From NCBI GenBank assembly GCA_903827265.1, contig CAIKHN010000019.1, positions 11,814-75,813 of the forward strand: a DNA stretch of 64,000 nucleotides, written 5' to 3'. Source of the stretch: Candidatus Uhrbacteria bacterium (GTDB lineage Bacteria; Patescibacteriota; Patescibacteriia; UBA9934). Of the stretch, positions 20,215-30,935 are shown one piece after another; the stretch's first letter is position 1; the number at the start of each line of letters is the position of its first letter. Both the position numbers and the translations under genes were made by a program. A model generated the notes under the pieces. The model made no database searches. It was not told where the DNA came from and saw nothing but the letters and a program-made list of their open reading frames with translations.

Positions 20215-20505
20215 TTAAAGACTATAAAATACCTCAACCGAGACTCCACTTTCGAGACATTCTTTTTTCTGGCGCTGATGCTCCTGGTTAATGGCGCGAT
20301 CCATATTTCCCGATTTCACAGCGTCACTAATGCCGACGGTATACCAATCATCACCGAGAGAAAAAACAAGAACAGACTCGAATGTTCCCCCTTCTTCTTT
20401 AATAGTAGATTTCGCTTCGTCCCGAAGAGAAGTGTTCAGTTTTTCACACCAAGACTTCCATTGTTCCAATTTCCCAGATTGAATTTTGTACACTCGAGCA
20501 TGCAT
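20215..20505 (-). CDS. Small DUF6176-like protein
   Basis: KIQSGKLEQWKSWCEKL...EAKSTIKEEG..FESVLVF...INQEHQRQKKECL pattern resembles DUF6176, from memory. Confidence 0.55.
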   Translation of the reverse strand: MHARVYKIQSGKLEQWKSWCEKLNTSLRDEAKSTIKEEGGTFESVLVFSLGDDWYTVGISDAVKSGNMDRAINQEHQRQKKECLESGVSVEVFYSL

Positions 20506-20520
20506 ATTATTCTGGCGAGA

Positions 20521-20550
20521 AGAAAAACGAGCAGAGCTGCTCGTTTTTCT
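20521..20550 (-). terminator. Terminator of the giant-protein operon
   Basis: AGAAAAACGAGCA-GAGC-TGCTCGTTTTTCT, 5 nt after the stop codon. Confidence 0.8.
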
Positions 20551-20555
20551 TTTGC

Positions 20556-23500
20556 TTATGGGGTTACCGTAATGACCCCATCGTAATAAACCCAAGGATC
20601 AGTAGCTAATTTGTCAGCGCTATCTGAATTTGGATATTCCTTGTAATTACATTCGTCACTTGTCTTTGGATCATCATCAAACTTCCCATCATTATCAAAG
20701 CAGCTTGATGTCCCATCTGCGTTGTACGAGGAATCTGTCGCGTCGCAAGTTCCGGTACAGAAGCCCCAATTGTCACGGATGTGGACTCGAGGACGGTAGG
20801 TGCAGGACACGCCAGGGTTTGTGGTACATGGAGCGTTGTCGTAAATGCCGTCGCTGTCGGTGTCTGCACAGGCGGTCGTTACCTTTGAAGGATTACACGT
20901 GTAGATGTGATTGTAACTGAAGTAATTTGCATCACAGCTATCAGCGTTCATTCCCCATTCGTATGTCGAATCGGTCGTCGCAGTGTCGCAGATAGACACC
21001 TCTTTGCCGTCCTGCAACCCACGATGGTTCTTGTAGAAGTTATCGGTGGTTACTGAGCCGGTAACATCAGCTCCGTCGCCCCAATCCACGATAATTCGGC
21101 GAAGCGGCAATTGGTTCTTGTCTGCTGCCGCGTAGAACTTGAGGTATGCACGGTAGAACGAATCGCCAGTAACATCGCCGTCATTTTGATCGTTCAACGT
21201 GAGGCTGTGCGATTGGTCCTCCTCGCATTCATCGTTGTAACAGTTATTCATATCCACCGCCCACACCGACGGCGCTTTTCCGTTAGCGATACGTTCATCC
21301 CATGTGGTGTCGACAGTCTTCGTGAATCCCGCAACACCGAACGCATCGTTCTGTGGTGTTCCGGTGGAATCCGTTTCCGCATACTCGTATCCTCCAGTCG
21401 AGGCGTTATACACGCCGTCAGAATACAGTCGTCCGTAATCTGCTCGGGCAAAGAAGTCCTTCACGATTCCTGACCAACCAGATCCACTATCTGCAGCACC
21501 GGTTGCGATATCGGTCCACGATGCAGTTCCAGAAACGAAGCCAACAGTTCCGCCAGTAGTCGTTCCATTATTTCCATCCGCGTATCGAGAAATACCGAGC
21601 GCGAAGTCCGTGAACGCACGCGATTCTGGATTCGTGAAATCCGCACCATTGTTATCATCTGCGCTTCCTGATGCACATGACGAATCATGCGTCGTACTTG
21701 AAACGTCCAAATTTGGTGCCGAGAAGACATAGTAATTGAGACCCGTTGTTCCGAGATAGTCCGATTCTGTGGTGTAACACGATGCAACTACCGGTGGGCG
21801 TTCCAGTGTTTCGGTGGAGATTGTTCGGCCGAATGGTGCACGTGGAGAATCTGGATTGTACGCGAAGTTCTCAAACCCAGCGCCAACCTGCGCCGCGAAC
21901 GGAGCGTCGGTCGATTCGTAATTTGTTTTGTTCAACAGCCTGTCCGTATACGGTGCTGCACCGTTATCGTTCGTGTCCGCCATCACCACCGCAGTCTCCG
22001 CACAACCAATGAAGATGTTCGCGTTGCTGTTCAGACTTCCGTATGTCGCATCTTCAGAAGCGGCAACAGTGTAATCATTCCAGTTCGATCCGAACGTTCG
22101 CAACGATGTTGTTCCGTCACCCAGTTGACGACCCTTTACTGTACAGTCCTGAACGTTGTCGGCATACGTTGTGAAATCTGAAGGGTCTTTAATTAAGTAC
22201 CGATCAAACTTCCAACCACCAGCGTCAGCATATGTATCAATATGGTAGTCCTTTGCGATACCGACCGGCTCAACGCCGCCGTCACAATATCCTGCATCAT
22301 CTATTGCACCAACCGGTACACAAACGTACGGACAATCTGCATCAGCGCCGTTGTTACATGTTGCCGAATACGTATTGTCATATGCGGCGCTTCCTTCAGA
22401 GCGTGGGCCTTGCACCGAGAAATACCCCGGCGGACATGAAACCGATCCTGTGCACCATTGATCGCTTGGAATATCTATCGCGTTCGCCTCAGCACAGAGC
22501 ATTTTTGCTCCACCTGCGAATGTGAAATCTGTTCCGTGTTCCGCAGATGTCGGATTCAGGTCTGCGAACGGCGCGACGCTTGCGCAGTATTCGGTTTCCG
22601 CAAAGTATCCCGCACTCGTGTACTTGCCGTACAAGTCGGTGCTTCCTGCCAACTGATCCACCGGCAGCCACGTGATACACGCGTTCTCTTTTCTATCGCC
22701 AAGAATGTTCGTTGAAGAATCGTGTTCCAAACAATAGCCGTCCATACCAAGAACTTCATCGATCTTCGATACTTTTGTACATGTACCGCCGCCGGCCTCG
22801 CAATGCGCCTCACTATGCACATACCCTAACGTAGCATCAGCGTCCGTATCACTATCCGACGTACAGAATTCGCCGTCGTTTTCACCGCCAACACACAAGT
22901 CAATAAGCGATGTGAAGCTTGGCTGGAAGCTTCCATCCGTTCCAACGTAAAGCACTTTTGATCCGTACGTGGCTTTTGTATATGAACAGTCACAATCTTC
23001 TCCAGCGAGACATGTTTTTGCGTTATCAAAACCCGTTCGATACGCCGTAGGAATAGCTCCAAGCGATTCATCGCTGCTCGTTCTGTCCGCAGCGCTCATC
23101 CAATCGGTAACAACAACATTTGGGAACGGACTATTAATTTCCGGATACCCTCGACAGCTCTTTGCTTCTGAATCACCAACATCGAATGTACTGCCCTGTG
23201 GAGTAAGAACACATTCATCACGAAGACATGTTCCTGATTTAAAGTTCACCGACGGATAGAATGTTTCGCCACTTGAACATGCTGCATTCTTGTCATACTG
23301 GCTGTAGTCCTCTATTACTCCGTCACTTCCCTGCTTTGCGCAGACGCCGCCCAAGCACGATTCTGTCGATCCACAATCTGCGCTCGACGTACAAACCGTT
23401 GTCGACACCGTGTAACACGAACCAATCAGACACGAACCGCCCTCTGATCCGCAGCTTGCTGTCGAGGCACACGGCGATCCCGTGTTCTCGCAATATCCAA

Positions 23501-26500
23501 CGGAACACGATGCGCCAAAGGCTTCGTCACAGCTTCCAGCAACAAAGGCTAAACGGTAATCCGAACCCGTATCCGCATCAGGATCAGAGATATCTTTCTG
23601 CGTTAACTGATCAACCGGCAATTCACCAGGAATTGCGTAGCCAGAATACTCCTCGCCATACCAGCTCACGTCGCGCTGTGCGTAAGTGTCAACGTCGAGC
23701 ACTGTTGCGGCACCATCCGTTTTCCATGCAGAACAGAACGACGCATTACCTGCCGTGGAATATTGCGTACACAAACCAATATCGCCACAAATGGTCTTGT
23801 AACTATTGGTGCGCTCATCCCATGTTGTTTGCGCATCGGAACAACTCAACCACTCGCTACACTCGCGATCGCGGTTCACCTTCAAAACAATGTTTGCGTC
23901 ATTAGATAATCGCGTACCGGTTTCACATGTTCCATTCACCGTTTCTCCGGATTCGCTCGTGAGTGGACGACAATCAGAATCGTCATAACACGAACCGTCT
24001 TCAATGGTGGACGACGAGCTTCCGTTGATGTCGTAGTACGCCGATGCATCGTACGTACAACGATTTGCACACAAATCGACGCTCGCACCAGTTGTGGAGG
24101 TGATTGTTGATGTATCGCTACAGTCGATGGGATCAGCAAATCCATTTGGTGCGCCGCCGAACAACACGTCGGCATGTTTACTTGCGACGTATGACGCGCT
24201 CATGTTTGCCGTTTTCGATGGCTCTGCGCTGTCGTTAAACAATCCGCAACCTTCTTTCTGGCTTACTTGGCCGTTGCACTTCTGGCTATCTGGCAAGCTG
24301 TTGTCTTCCAATGAATCATTGTTCAAATAGAAGTAGCTTGTGCCATCGGCGCTGCCATACAAATCTTTCTGTGTAAGGTCGGTCAAATCCTGGAACTCAG
24401 AGCAGCTGTCGTACTTCGCTAAACACGTTCCAACCCAATTGCTGTAATCTGCATCACCGTTCTTCCAAATTCCCGATGTATCGCCACCAATGACGTATTG
24501 AGGCTCGCCCGTCGTTGGATCCGTCGCGCACAGCTCAGCTGGATTCGTTCCTGTCTTGAACCATCCACTGTATTTCACGTTATCAACCGTGACATCAGTG
24601 CGGTACTCACATGTCTGATTCTGCGGATCCTTAAAGTAATGCACAGTGTTCGTTTTATCCGTCCACGCATTACAGAACAATTCTTTTTCTGAACACAATG
24701 TTGTTGCGTAATCTGCTGGCGTGTTCATGAGGTACGTGCTCGTCCAGCTCTCTACCGCGGTGTGATCCTGGCTAAACACCGGCAAACCAACTTCCATACA
24801 GCCCGCAACGTCAGACGAACACTCGACGTCAGAATTCACCACCAAGAACACGTCTTTGTCTGCTGGTGACACCACGGTCGACGCTGCATACGAAAGATGT
24901 GGAGAAAGCGATCCGGTTGCTGTAAATGCCGTTGGAGGAACATACCAATCAAGATTGAAGTCGCAGCTTGAAGATCCAACGCCAATCGTACAAAGGAACT
25001 GACTGCTCGTGTCATATGCTGTTCCGGCGCTATTCAATGCGTAGTAACACGACGTCGCTTCTGTTGCGACAGAACCGTCGATCGTTCCACAATTTCCGCC
25101 ATACACCGACGCTGTTGTTGCATCGGATTCTTGCGTAAGGAAGTATGCAGAACAGCCAACCTGGGATTCTTCACACAACGAACTAAAGCTCTTCTCGTTT
25201 GATGCATCGCCGTTTTGATCTGTGTACTCCTGACATCCCAACATGTACTGCGGCGATGAAATTCCCTCGGCAGTTTCGTCACATGATGCTGGAGTTACCC
25301 ACGAATCCTTAATGACGTCGATATTATCCTCACCCTCACGCAAGACGACGTTATCAATAAAGAATTCGTCAGCTGTCGATCCTGGCGTAAAGACGAGTGC
25401 AGAAGCGCCGTTCCCGAAACTTGGGTAGTCCGTACTATTCATGTCGAGCGGACCGTAAGAATACTCGTTCCAATCGGTATCAAGTTCGATCGCTGTCTTG
25501 AAGAATGATGCATCAATTGCACCGGATCCACTTAAGGACGTATCGAATCCAACCATGAGGGTTCCGGTTCCCTTTGCCCAGAACGACACGGTATATGTTT
25601 TCCCTGCGAACAACTCTTGGCTCAATGTTCCGCATGTCTGTTCGCCATTTGCAACGGTACATGTTCCGCCGAGTGTTCCAGGTCCAACCGCGCAGCCACC
25701 GTCGGTTGTACATGTCGCTGCATTGTCGCCAACGTACGTCCAAACAGATTCTCCAGCCGACGACAGCGAGTGACCGTCGGTTGCAATAGATTCGTTCGAG
25801 AGCGTCACGTCGGTTGCGCTAGCGGCGTCCCAGTTGGTCAAATCACCATCCTCAAAGTATTCCGTCATTGCCTGACGGCTGTTACGACTTCGGCCGCCAG
25901 TGTATTCACGGCATCCCGACTGTTTTTCAGAACATGTCGTGCTTTCGTCAGCATAACCGTAATAGCGACATTCTGCAGTTGCAGTGTCGAAATATCCGCC
26001 AGAACTTTCACAATTCGATTGTTGCGTTGTGGTATCTGCGCCAGTAACGCTTGTTTTGCGGTACGTCACACACGAATCGCTCACCGTTACCGTCTGCGAC
26101 CAGAATCGGTAATGAATGACGCCGTTCGCATCATAAAACTCACGGCAGTCTGGATTTTTAATGGTGTCGTCATGTTCATCACAACTTGCACTGTCGGTAT
26201 CGAGATTTCCATCACCGTTTGAATCATCGTCACACGTGATTCCTGTTGCTGTTGCATTCCAATTTGTACATGGCGCAGAACCTGGAGCGCTATCAGTTCC
26301 AAGACTTCCTGCATACGGATCCATCGTAACAAGATCCGATTCCACCAAATTCCATGTCTTCAACTGGTAGCCATCGGTATCCGATCCTTCCCATGTGTAA
26401 AACACCGCAGCGTCATCAGACGTTGTCGAGTTTTCTGCAGCTTGATCGGTCGTTAAACATGCACGCAAATTGGTGAAGTACGACGTTGCCTCTGAGGCGA

Positions 26501-29366
26501 TATTCGTAAATTCATCACAACCCACGGCCTGAGCCGGACATGTGTCGGCAGTATCTGGAATAAAATACACTGGGAAATCACCTTCCGGTTCGTAGCGTGT
26601 CGGCTCCTGCTTAAAGGTGTCGTATCCAACACATTCCGACGGACACGAATCAAGGCTGTCGGTAATGCCAGCAATGGAAGGATCGCCGTTTGTTGGCGTG
26701 TACAACGAACATCCGACGTTCTTTTCCGAACACACGGTTGCGTAATTCCCACATTCTGCAGGATCTGTTGCGCTATCGCCGGTGCATCCCAAATACGTTG
26801 GAGCAACCTTCACATACGCCAAGTCGAGCGTGCTGCTGCTGTAGCCTTCGTGATAACTCGATGCCGACGACTCCTGTTCGAGCTGCATGTCGTCATACCA
26901 CAATGCGTTGCCCATGACGCCAACAGTTGCAGTGATTTCGGCAGTGCGATCGGTCAACGTTGGAACGGTAAATGTACAGGAGAATCGCTCGTAATCAGTA
27001 TCGACCGGCGTACTTGTAAGGAAATCAAGCTCATTCTTGTTTGCGTACAACGCACAGTCACCATCAAGCGCAAACCCCGTGAAGTCGACGGTTTCTCCGG
27101 TGCTTGCATCGAGCGCAATCCATGCATTCGTAGAAATACCGCTCGTTGCTTGCGCGGCATAAAATGAAAGCGTGTACTCCGCGCCTTGAGTAAGAACAAT
27201 TCCCTCTTGCGAGTAACTACTCGTACCACCTGGTTTCACCGCGTCAGATCCATCGAGCATCGCCGTTCCGTCGGTACTATATGTTCCGCTTGATCCGGAA
27301 GAAATCCAGCCGTCTGGAACACCATCACTATCAACGTCTTTCTCAAATGACGGATTCGCAATCATGTTCAACGTCGTGCCATCGGTGCGGGAAACGAGTT
27401 CTTTACATCCGGCGTCCGTCGACTCACAGTCCGCAACTTCCGCTGTGAAATAGATTCGGTTCTTATAGATGTCGTTTGCAGACTCTGCAGCCGCGAGCTT
27501 TGCCGATGTTGTGTAGTCTGGGAATGCGAATGTACCAGTGCCGTCGTCGACTTTCTGCGTGTCATACCACAAACATCCTGTCGAATCCGCAGTACAATTA
27601 TCAGAATTCGTGGTATTCGAAAGGAAGTTTGCACTCTTGCCGTTTGGATCTTCGTAGCTGGTGCACGATGCGTAGTAATCCGGACACGACTCTCCACGGA
27701 AACGCCAGACGTTTTCCTCGCGAACACAATATCCATAACCACCAGTACAATTTCCGTCGCTGTCTTCGTCGATACAGCTTGGCATGTCAACACAAACATC
27801 CTGACGTTCATCGGTTACAGATGCAACCAATTGCTCGCCATACACCTGTGCCTTGCATTGCGTTTCTGGATATTTCAGCACCCAATCTGGATCAATCAAA
27901 TGGCACCATGGGTGACTATCGTCCAACTCGCCCTGATCGTTACATGTGGTAAATGCGTTCACCACTTCGCCGAGTGTCACTGGGCTATTTTCTGTGTTTG
28001 CCGTTGACTCTGCAGCCAATTCCCAACCGGTTGAAATAATACGAGCCTTCCGAAGCTTCACGAGGTTGCCATGACAGTATCCATAGCTGTAACAGAATGG
28101 ATCCTGATCACGGGCAGTATCCGACGACGGGATAAGTGGCCACGAACTCTTCAAAAGCCCTTGCTCGATTGCATCGGCGATCGTAAGGGCAGAACCAGAA
28201 TCAGCTCGAGACACCGCAGTAACTAACGACGAATCCGCCACACAGTTGTACAACGATTTTCCTGACGACGGACATGCGCTAAATTCCTGCAGCTGGCTAT
28301 AATTCTCCACGGAAAGCGGAGTAGCAGTTAAGAAACTACGGAACGACTGTCGAGCATCCTCAGCGTTACTGCTTGCAACGCTATCAGCACTAAATGGATT
28401 AATCGACGACTGGTCAAGTCCACCAAACAATCCGTCGTACACTTTTTCGGTAATTTTGGAGAGAAGCGTGTTCGTGAACACCGAACCTGCGTGCTTCGCG
28501 ATCTGCAACAATACTTCTTTGTCGCCAAGAGCCTGAACCGCGATTTGATTTCGAATGCTATCAGATGCAGACATTGTCGCGTCGAGTCGCTTCTGAATGA
28601 TTTCTGCAGGCGTTTCTACTTTTCCGGTAATGAAATCCGTTTGCGGCTTAAAGAAACCTGAAAACATTTCACGAAGCGTGCTGTTCGCTGCATCAGTTTG
28701 CGCCTTGTTCAGCACATCGCTGTACAACTGAATTCCAACGGAAAGATCGTTCGACTTTGGGTTGTATGCCTCAGCGAGTTTTGTAATGACTAACGAATTT
28801 TTTCCAAATGGATCCGTCGCCATTGATGCAACGTCACTCAAAAATCCGCCCCAGTTATCCTGAACCGCATTCCATTCACACGCTGGCTTTGGACGATGAA
28901 ACGCGCTTTGAATGCCGAATTTAAACGCGAGCGTGACGCCTGAGGCGTTTGGTTCACACAAGCTGAAGTTTCCCAAAATTCCCGTGTCATCAATTGCGCC
29001 AAGTGCTTCGCCGGCGACCGATGCACCGTAGTCAGAAAAATACTCTTCCGCAGAACGGTTATCGAACAACGGATCTCCGCCGTTTCCACCAGAAGCAATG
29101 AAAACTGCGGCATCGTATGCCAAACGATCGGTTGCGTACGTCACGGTGTTAATCAGCGCTGTGGAAACGGAAGCAACGAGTGCGGTTTGCCCAAGATACT
29201 TTAAGGCGCTCAAAATCCACTCAGTGATACGAGGCGCGTCAGCGTCAGTACTCACCGGAATAACCGCGTATGCTGTTTTTGGCGCAAAAATGGCGGCCGA
29301 CGAAAATGTGAATATCGCAAGCCCAAGAAGGAGCGTCGCACCAAATTTTCGGAAGCGGTCCGTCAT
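20556..29366 (-). CDS. Giant (2936 aa) exported Cys/Asp/Ser/Thr-rich surface protein with CBM-like and PKD-like segments
   Basis: Signal peptide ending AYA; repeated C-x5-[GS]-C modules; NMIANPSFE (CBM4/9-like start); Cys-rich knots; C-terminal IVDWGDG. Confidence 0.9.
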   Translation of the reverse strand: MTDRFRKFGATLLLGLAIFTFSSAAIFAPKTAYAVIPVSTDADAPRITEWILSALKYLGQTALVASVSTALINTVTYATDRLAYDAAVFIASGGNGGDPLFDNRSAEEYFSDYGASVAGEALGAIDDTGILGNFSLCEPNASGVTLAFKFGIQSAFHRPKPACEWNAVQDNWGGFLSDVASMATDPFGKNSLVITKLAEAYNPKSNDLSVGIQLYSDVLNKAQTDAANSTLREMFSGFFKPQTDFITGKVETPAEIIQKRLDATMSASDSIRNQIAVQALGDKEVLLQIAKHAGSVFTNTLLSKITEKVYDGLFGGLDQSSINPFSADSVASSNAEDARQSFRSFLTATPLSVENYSQLQEFSACPSSGKSLYNCVADSSLVTAVSRADSGSALTIADAIEQGLLKSSWPLIPSSDTARDQDPFCYSYGYCHGNLVKLRKARIISTGWELAAESTANTENSPVTLGEVVNAFTTCNDQGELDDSHPWCHLIDPDWVLKYPETQCKAQVYGEQLVASVTDERQDVCVDMPSCIDEDSDGNCTGGYGYCVREENVWRFRGESCPDYYASCTSYEDPNGKSANFLSNTTNSDNCTADSTGCLWYDTQKVDDGTGTFAFPDYTTSAKLAAAESANDIYKNRIYFTAEVADCESTDAGCKELVSRTDGTTLNMIANPSFEKDVDSDGVPDGWISSGSSGTYSTDGTAMLDGSDAVKPGGTSSYSQEGIVLTQGAEYTLSFYAAQATSGISTNAWIALDASTGETVDFTGFALDGDCALYANKNELDFLTSTPVDTDYERFSCTFTVPTLTDRTAEITATVGVMGNALWYDDMQLEQESSASSYHEGYSSSTLDLAYVKVAPTYLGCTGDSATDPAECGNYATVCSEKNVGCSLYTPTNGDPSIAGITDSLDSCPSECVGYDTFKQEPTRYEPEGDFPVYFIPDTADTCPAQAVGCDEFTNIASEATSYFTNLRACLTTDQAAENSTTSDDAAVFYTWEGSDTDGYQLKTWNLVESDLVTMDPYAGSLGTDSAPGSAPCTNWNATATGITCDDDSNGDGNLDTDSASCDEHDDTIKNPDCREFYDANGVIHYRFWSQTVTVSDSCVTYRKTSVTGADTTTQQSNCESSGGYFDTATAECRYYGYADESTTCSEKQSGCREYTGGRSRNSRQAMTEYFEDGDLTNWDAASATDVTLSNESIATDGHSLSSAGESVWTYVGDNAATCTTDGGCAVGPGTLGGTCTVANGEQTCGTLSQELFAGKTYTVSFWAKGTGTLMVGFDTSLSGSGAIDASFFKTAIELDTDWNEYSYGPLDMNSTDYPSFGNGASALVFTPGSTADEFFIDNVVLREGEDNIDVIKDSWVTPASCDETAEGISSPQYMLGCQEYTDQNGDASNEKSFSSLCEESQVGCSAYFLTQESDATTASVYGGNCGTIDGSVATEATSCYYALNSAGTAYDTSSQFLCTIGVGSSSCDFNLDWYVPPTAFTATGSLSPHLSYAASTVVSPADKDVFLVVNSDVECSSDVAGCMEVGLPVFSQDHTAVESWTSTYLMNTPADYATTLCSEKELFCNAWTDKTNTVHYFKDPQNQTCEYRTDVTVDNVKYSGWFKTGTNPAELCATDPTTGEPQYVIGGDTSGIWKNGDADYSNWVGTCLAKYDSCSEFQDLTDLTQKDLYGSADGTSYFYLNNDSLEDNSLPDSQKCNGQVSQKEGCGLFNDSAEPSKTANMSASYVASKHADVLFGGAPNGFADPIDCSDTSTITSTTGASVDLCANRCTYDASAYYDINGSSSSTIEDGSCYDDSDCRPLTSESGETVNGTCETGTRLSNDANIVLKVNRDRECSEWLSCSDAQTTWDERTNSYKTICGDIGLCTQYSTAGNASFCSAWKTDGAATVLDVDTYAQRDVSWYGEEYSGYAIPGELPVDQLTQKDISDPDADTGSDYRLAFVAGSCDEAFGASCSVGYCENTGSPCASTASCGSEGGSCLIGSCYTVSTTVCTSSADCGSTESCLGGVCAKQGSDGVIEDYSQYDKNAACSSGETFYPSVNFKSGTCLRDECVLTPQGSTFDVGDSEAKSCRGYPEINSPFPNVVVTDWMSAADRTSSDESLGAIPTAYRTGFDNAKTCLAGEDCDCSYTKATYGSKVLYVGTDGSFQPSFTSLIDLCVGGENDGEFCTSDSDTDADATLGYVHSEAHCEAGGGTCTKVSKIDEVLGMDGYCLEHDSSTNILGDRKENACITWLPVDQLAGSTDLYGKYTSAGYFAETEYCASVAPFADLNPTSAEHGTDFTFAGGAKMLCAEANAIDIPSDQWCTGSVSCPPGYFSVQGPRSEGSAAYDNTYSATCNNGADADCPYVCVPVGAIDDAGYCDGGVEPVGIAKDYHIDTYADAGGWKFDRYLIKDPSDFTTYADNVQDCTVKGRQLGDGTTSLRTFGSNWNDYTVAASEDATYGSLNSNANIFIGCAETAVVMADTNDNGAAPYTDRLLNKTNYESTDAPFAAQVGAGFENFAYNPDSPRAPFGRTISTETLERPPVVASCYTTESDYLGTTGLNYYVFSAPNLDVSSTTHDSSCASGSADDNNGADFTNPESRAFTDFALGISRYADGNNGTTTGGTVGFVSGTASWTDIATGAADSGSGWSGIVKDFFARADYGRLYSDGVYNASTGGYEYAETDSTGTPQNDAFGVAGFTKTVDTTWDERIANGKAPSVWAVDMNNCYNDECEEDQSHSLTLNDQNDGDVTGDSFYRAYLKFYAAADKNQLPLRRIIVDWGDGADVTGSVTTDNFYKNHRGLQDGKEVSICDTATTDSTYEWGMNADSCDANYFSYNHIYTCNPSKVTTACADTDSDGIYDNAPCTTNPGVSCTYRPRVHIRDNWGFCTGTCDATDSSYNADGTSSCFDNDGKFDDDPKTSDECNYKEYPNSDSADKLATDPWVYYDGVITVTP

Positions 29367-29372
29367 ACGCGA

Positions 29373-30095
29373 TTACTGGGTAGTTTGAGGAGATACTGTC
29401 ACGTCCGTTGCTGAAGTCGATGCAGAAGAAGACGTGTCGGCAGCTGCGGCGTCTTCAACTTGCATTTGTGTAATTGCTTGAGAGAGTGCCGCACGAAGAT
29501 CGTCGTCAGAAAGCGCATTAATAGCCGCTGCATCACCGCCAGATTCAATAAGCAAGGTTCGAATTTGGTCTGTCGTCATTGCCGAAAGCGTTGCGCCAAT
29601 GTCCACCGTTGTTGGCACTGCATCTGGCGCAGGAGTTGATCCGGCACTGTCTGCGACCTGCTCAATAAATGTTCCTTGAAGCGTAACCGGATTCACAACA
29701 TCAGCAATCGCGGTTGCACACGGCATTGTTGGTGCGCAATTTGGATCTTGGCCTTGCGTTACCTCGGTTTTATCCTCCGTGCCGTCGCTGTCGGAATCTT
29801 TCAAGTAAGGGCTTGTTTTGTACACGTACAGCTCGGTGTAATCATCGATGCCATCGCTGTCGGTATCTTTTTTCTTTAACGACTCCATTTCCTGCTGCTG
29901 CTTCTCGTCACCAGTCAAGAACTTCGGTCCGACGTACGAAACCACAAATGGAGCAGCGACGTGCTTCCACAAAAAGAACACGCCAAAAATCAACGCAAGC
30001 GATCCAAAACCAACCACCATGCCTAAGCCCGTTTTTTGCTCGCGGCTAAGCACTGGTTTTTTTCGCGTGATGATAATTCTTTCTCCCTCCGCCAT
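29373..30095 (-). CDS. Single-TM protein with thrombospondin type 3-like Ca-binding repeats
   Basis: TM segment followed by DTDSDGIDDYTE..YKTSPYLKDSDSDGTEDKTEV..GQDP; ends 6 nt before the giant gene. Confidence 0.85.
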   Translation of the reverse strand: MAEGERIIITRKKPVLSREQKTGLGMVVGFGSLALIFGVFFLWKHVAAPFVVSYVGPKFLTGDEKQQQEMESLKKKDTDSDGIDDYTELYVYKTSPYLKDSDSDGTEDKTEVTQGQDPNCAPTMPCATAIADVVNPVTLQGTFIEQVADSAGSTPAPDAVPTTVDIGATLSAMTTDQIRTLLIESGGDAAAINALSDDDLRAALSQAITQMQVEDAAAADTSSSASTSATDVTVSPQTTQ

Positions 30096-30176
30096 ACGCG
30101 CAATATCGTAGGGCAAGTATAACACTGCAAGGGGGTGAACACGGATCTTGTATACACAGGAACACGAAGCTGTTCT

Positions 30177-30935
30177 CTATGTGTTCAATGCAGAAAAAAG
30201 CTTCACCCAGTCTTCAGTTTTCAGCTCCTGCGGGCGGACGGTTTTGGGATAGCCGAACGATTCGATCGCGGCATCGATAACGACAAGATCGGCGACGTTC
30301 GCCTGCGCGAGTGTTTGGCGAAGTTGTTTACGGCGGTGAGCAAAGCCAAGCTTTGCAAGAGCGATAATCGATTCGCGACCAGATCCCCCAGCCTTCGTCG
30401 TCATGCGCAGCACCATCGAATCGATTTTTGGCGGAGGAATGAAAGCACCGGGTTTTACAATAAAAAGTCGTTCAACGTCGCAATAGAGCTGTGTCGCGAC
30501 AGAAAGCACGCTCATCTCCCCCGCTTTTGCCATCATGCGCTCCCCCACTTCTTTTTGAACCATCACTACCAGCTGACGCGGCGGATTTTTAGAGGTAAAA
30601 ATCTTCTCAAGAATCGCGTTCCCTGCATTGTACGGAAGGTTGCTCACGAACACCCACGGCCGACCTTGAGTGATTGCGTCATAGTCGACTAGCGCAGCAT
30701 CGGCCTGAACAATATCGGCTTGAGGGAATCGATCGTGAAGAGACGGAATAAGGTCGCGATCAGCTTCGATGAGCGTCAGAATGCCCAGCGCGAGCTCGGA
30801 TAATCCCTCCGTCAACGCGCCGGCCCCAGGTCCGACCTCGATCAAAAGCTCGCCAGACCCAACCGAAACCGCATCAACAATCTTTGCGATGATGTTCTTA
30901 TCGTGGAGAAAATGCTGGCCGAAGGATTTTTTCAT
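30177..30935 (-). CDS. rsmA: 16S rRNA adenine dimethyltransferase RsmA/KsgA
   Basis: KKSFGQHFL, IEVGPGAGALT, VSNLPYN, MVQKEV, F.PPPKIDS. Confidence 0.96.
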   Translation of the reverse strand: MKKSFGQHFLHDKNIIAKIVDAVSVGSGELLIEVGPGAGALTEGLSELALGILTLIEADRDLIPSLHDRFPQADIVQADAALVDYDAITQGRPWVFVSNLPYNAGNAILEKIFTSKNPPRQLVVMVQKEVGERMMAKAGEMSVLSVATQLYCDVERLFIVKPGAFIPPPKIDSMVLRMTTKAGGSGRESIIALAKLGFAHRRKQLRQTLAQANVADLVVIDAAIESFGYPKTVRPQELKTEDWVKLFSALNT

